A stretch of DNA of 64,000 nt from Squalus acanthias (Eukaryota): positions 2,358,001 through 2,422,000 of the forward strand of contig JASTWF010000033.1 of the NCBI GenBank assembly GCA_030390025.1. The letters run 5' to 3'. Each line of letters opens with the position of its first letter. The first letter of the stretch is position 1. The translations under genes were made by a program, and so were the position numbers. Under the pieces are notes generated by a model. That model made no database searches, had not been told where the DNA came from, and saw only the letters and a list, made by a program, of their open reading frames with translations. Of the stretch, positions 61,854-64,000 are shown in pieces.

Positions 61854-62283
61854 ATCCATCGACACAAATTCCTCACTTTAATTGTTTAAATAAATGGCCA
61901 CAGTTAAGGCGGACAGCCCCATCCCAGTGTGCAGCAGAGCAGCCCTGAGAGCACACCCTAACATTTGGAATTTAATTATTGAATGACCACAGCAGAGTGA
62001 AAGACATCACCGAAACAATATGAGGTCTAGAGATGGGTCTGGTGGTGTTTGAAACAACAATCCCATTGCTGGGAGAATACAGCTGGCAATTTTCATTAGT
62101 TAATTCATGTGATCAGAAATGTCCGGTCTTTGGGGTTTTCAATTTCAATCTCAGCACGAAATATATTCCATCACAGCAGGGAATTAACTCGGCTGTCGTC
62201 ATCTGTTTGTTCAAATGTTTTTTTTTTAAACAGTATTTTCAGCGATGTTGCTACCTCACTGTCCTCGTGGAGATGCCGCAGGG

Positions 62284-62293
62284 TATATATGAA
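62284..62293 (+). promoter_or_regulatory. Candidate TATA box
   Basis: TATATATGAA about 90 bp upstream of ATG 62376. Confidence 0.4.
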
Positions 62294-62375
62294 AGGCTCT
62301 GGGAATGTCGCGCCTCAGAGTTTAATTCAGAGAGATTGCCTGCATCACGAAGAGACACATCGCTTCACACAGAAA

Positions 62376-62442
62376 ATGCATCGACCAATTCAACATATGG
62401 AGAAAATATGCTACATGATCATTGCCGTCATTGGTGTTCCTG
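62376..62442 (+). pseudogene. Candidate first coding exon of a GPR139-like class A GPCR, donor site non-canonical
   Basis: MHRPIQHMEKICYMIIAVIGVP resembles the short N-terminus and TM1 (..YY.IIAVIGVP) of chondrichthyan GPR139-like receptors, recognised from memory. The expected phase-1 donor reads GGCAGT. No exon 2 in the window. Confidence 0.5.
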
Positions 62443-62761
62443 GGCAGTGATTATAACCATTGAATTTGTGTAAATCTATGTGTGAGCTGGTCTCTGGTCT
62501 GGCTCTGTGACTGATAATGTTACATCCTGATCTAGTAGTCACCGTTATACAGACACCCGATCAGTGATAACATTTCGTTCAGTGCAATGTCGTGAATTAC
62601 TTCTGAAGTTTTATTCCATTGCCTCAACTGAAAGTAAAATTCTGTTTGTAACTCACGGGCTCGCTGTATTATGAAGTTATTGCTTTTAGTGAAATATTGT
62701 GTACTTTTGAATCAGACCTCAGCAAAATCAACTCTGTGAGAGTAGGTATTAGTGGAAGGGA

Positions 62762-63398
62762 CTGTCACTGTAGAACGACTGAGTGTGGGTGACCAACTGG
62801 GGTGGAACACCTCATCCCAGTGGCCATGTATTACTGGGAATATCTGTCACTGTAGAATTGTACTGAGTGTGGGTCACCAACTGCAGTGGAACACCTGACC
62901 CCAGTGGCCATGTATTACTGGGATTGCCTGTCTTGTAGAACTGTACTGAGTGTGGGTCACTAACCGGAGTGGAACACCTGACCCCAGTGGCCATGTATTA
63001 CTGGGAGTATCTGTCACTGTAGAATTCTAGTGAGTGTGGGTCACCAACTGCAGTGGAACACCTGACCCCAGTGGCCATGTATTACTGGGAGTATCTGTCA
63101 CTGTAGAATTGTACTGAGTGTGGGTCACTAACCGGAGTGGAACACCTGACCCCAGTGGCCATGTATTACTGGGAGTATCTGTCACTGTAGAATTGTACTG
63201 AGTGTGGGTCACTAACCGGAGTGGAACACCTGACCCCAGTGGCCATGTATTACTGGGAGTATCTGTCACTGTAGAATTGTACTGAGTGTGGGTCACTAAC
63301 GGGAGTGCAACACCTGACCCCAGTGGCCATGTATTACTGGGAGTACCTGTCACTGTAGAACTGTCCTGCGTGTGGGTCACTAAACCGAGTGGAACACG
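62762..63398. repeat. 84-bp minisatellite (~7.6 copies)
   Basis: Unit ctgtcactgtagaattgtactgagtgtgggtcactaaccggagtggaacacctgaccccagtggccatgtattactgggagtat; starts at 62762, 62844, 62928, 63011, 63095, 63179 ... Confidence 0.95.
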
Positions 63399-63539
63399 TC
63401 GGTTCGAATTTGAAATTATTATTTGAGATAATTGATCTTTCCCCTTCATGGAGCTGCATTCGTGTTTTCTCAATGTAACCAACAGCAAAGGGGAAGATTT
63501 TTGCTGTTGGTTGAAAACGTTTGGTTATAAGCATATGAG

Positions 63540-64000
63540 GCGCTGCAGCGAAGGTTCACCACATTGATTCCTGGGATGTGAGGGCTGTCCTATGATGAGA
63601 GATTGTGTAGAATGGGCCTATACTCTCTGCAGTTTAGAAGAATGCGAGGTGATCTCATTGAAACATACAAGATTCTGAAGGGAATTGCCAGGGTTCGATG
63701 CTGAGAGGTTGTTTCCCCTGGCTGAAGTGTCCAGAACTGGGTGGCATAGTCTCAGGATAAGGGGAAGTCCATTTAAGACTGAGATTAGAAGGATATTCTT
63801 CACTCAGAGGGTTGTGAATCTTTGGAATTATCTGCCCCAGAGGCCTGTGAAAGTATATTCAAGACTGAGATAGATAGATTTTTGGACTCCAGCGGAATCA
63901 AGGGATATAGAGATCGGGCAGGAAAGGGCTATTGAGGTCGATGATCAGCCATGATCTTCTTGATTGGCGTAGCTGGTTCGAGGGGCCGTATGGCCTACTC
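63540..64000 (+). mobile_element. CR1 LINE 3' fragment (runs off window)
   Basis: QRRFTTLIPGM, RGDLIETYKIL, FFTQRVVNLWN; 3' UTR gatcagccatgatc...tggcctactc. Confidence 0.92.

Noticed and set aside
61259..63488. Mucin-like (PQTNTA)n and (VTHTQYNST...)n ORFs
   Set aside because: Products of 18-bp and 84-bp periods, with no signal peptide, splice context or unique domain.

Overview
Repeat-dominated vertebrate genomic DNA, most likely a shark or ray (inferred from the CR1/HER1-type LINE tails and a GPR139-like first exon). No intact cellular protein-coding gene lies in the window. 1-34932: the right-hand part of a highly homogenised tandem array (unit about 1.78 kb). Each unit carries one minus-strand tRNA-Lys(TTT) gene with a T5 terminator, in a spacer built from decayed CR1 LINE RT fragments. 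Twenty tRNA copies are visible: 16 identical, 3 single-site variants and 1 degenerate edge copy. The array ends abruptly against the leader of a minus-strand ERV-like element: a ~1.1 kb LTR, an Arg-tRNA-like PBS, and a short uORF ending on a splice donor. Next is a 54-bp (3x18) satellite interrupted by a near full-length CR1. That CR1 is itself interrupted by a young Gypsy element that has no tRNA PBS but has an 11-nt complement to its own LTR (candidate self-priming), plus an in-frame Gag-RNase H fusion. The rest is CT-rich repeat DNA with RTE, CR1 and CR1/L2-group LINE insertions, two minisatellites (18 bp and 84 bp), and a TATA-associated GPR139-like first exon with a non-canonical donor. 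Family assignments come from recognising motifs by eye, not from database searches.
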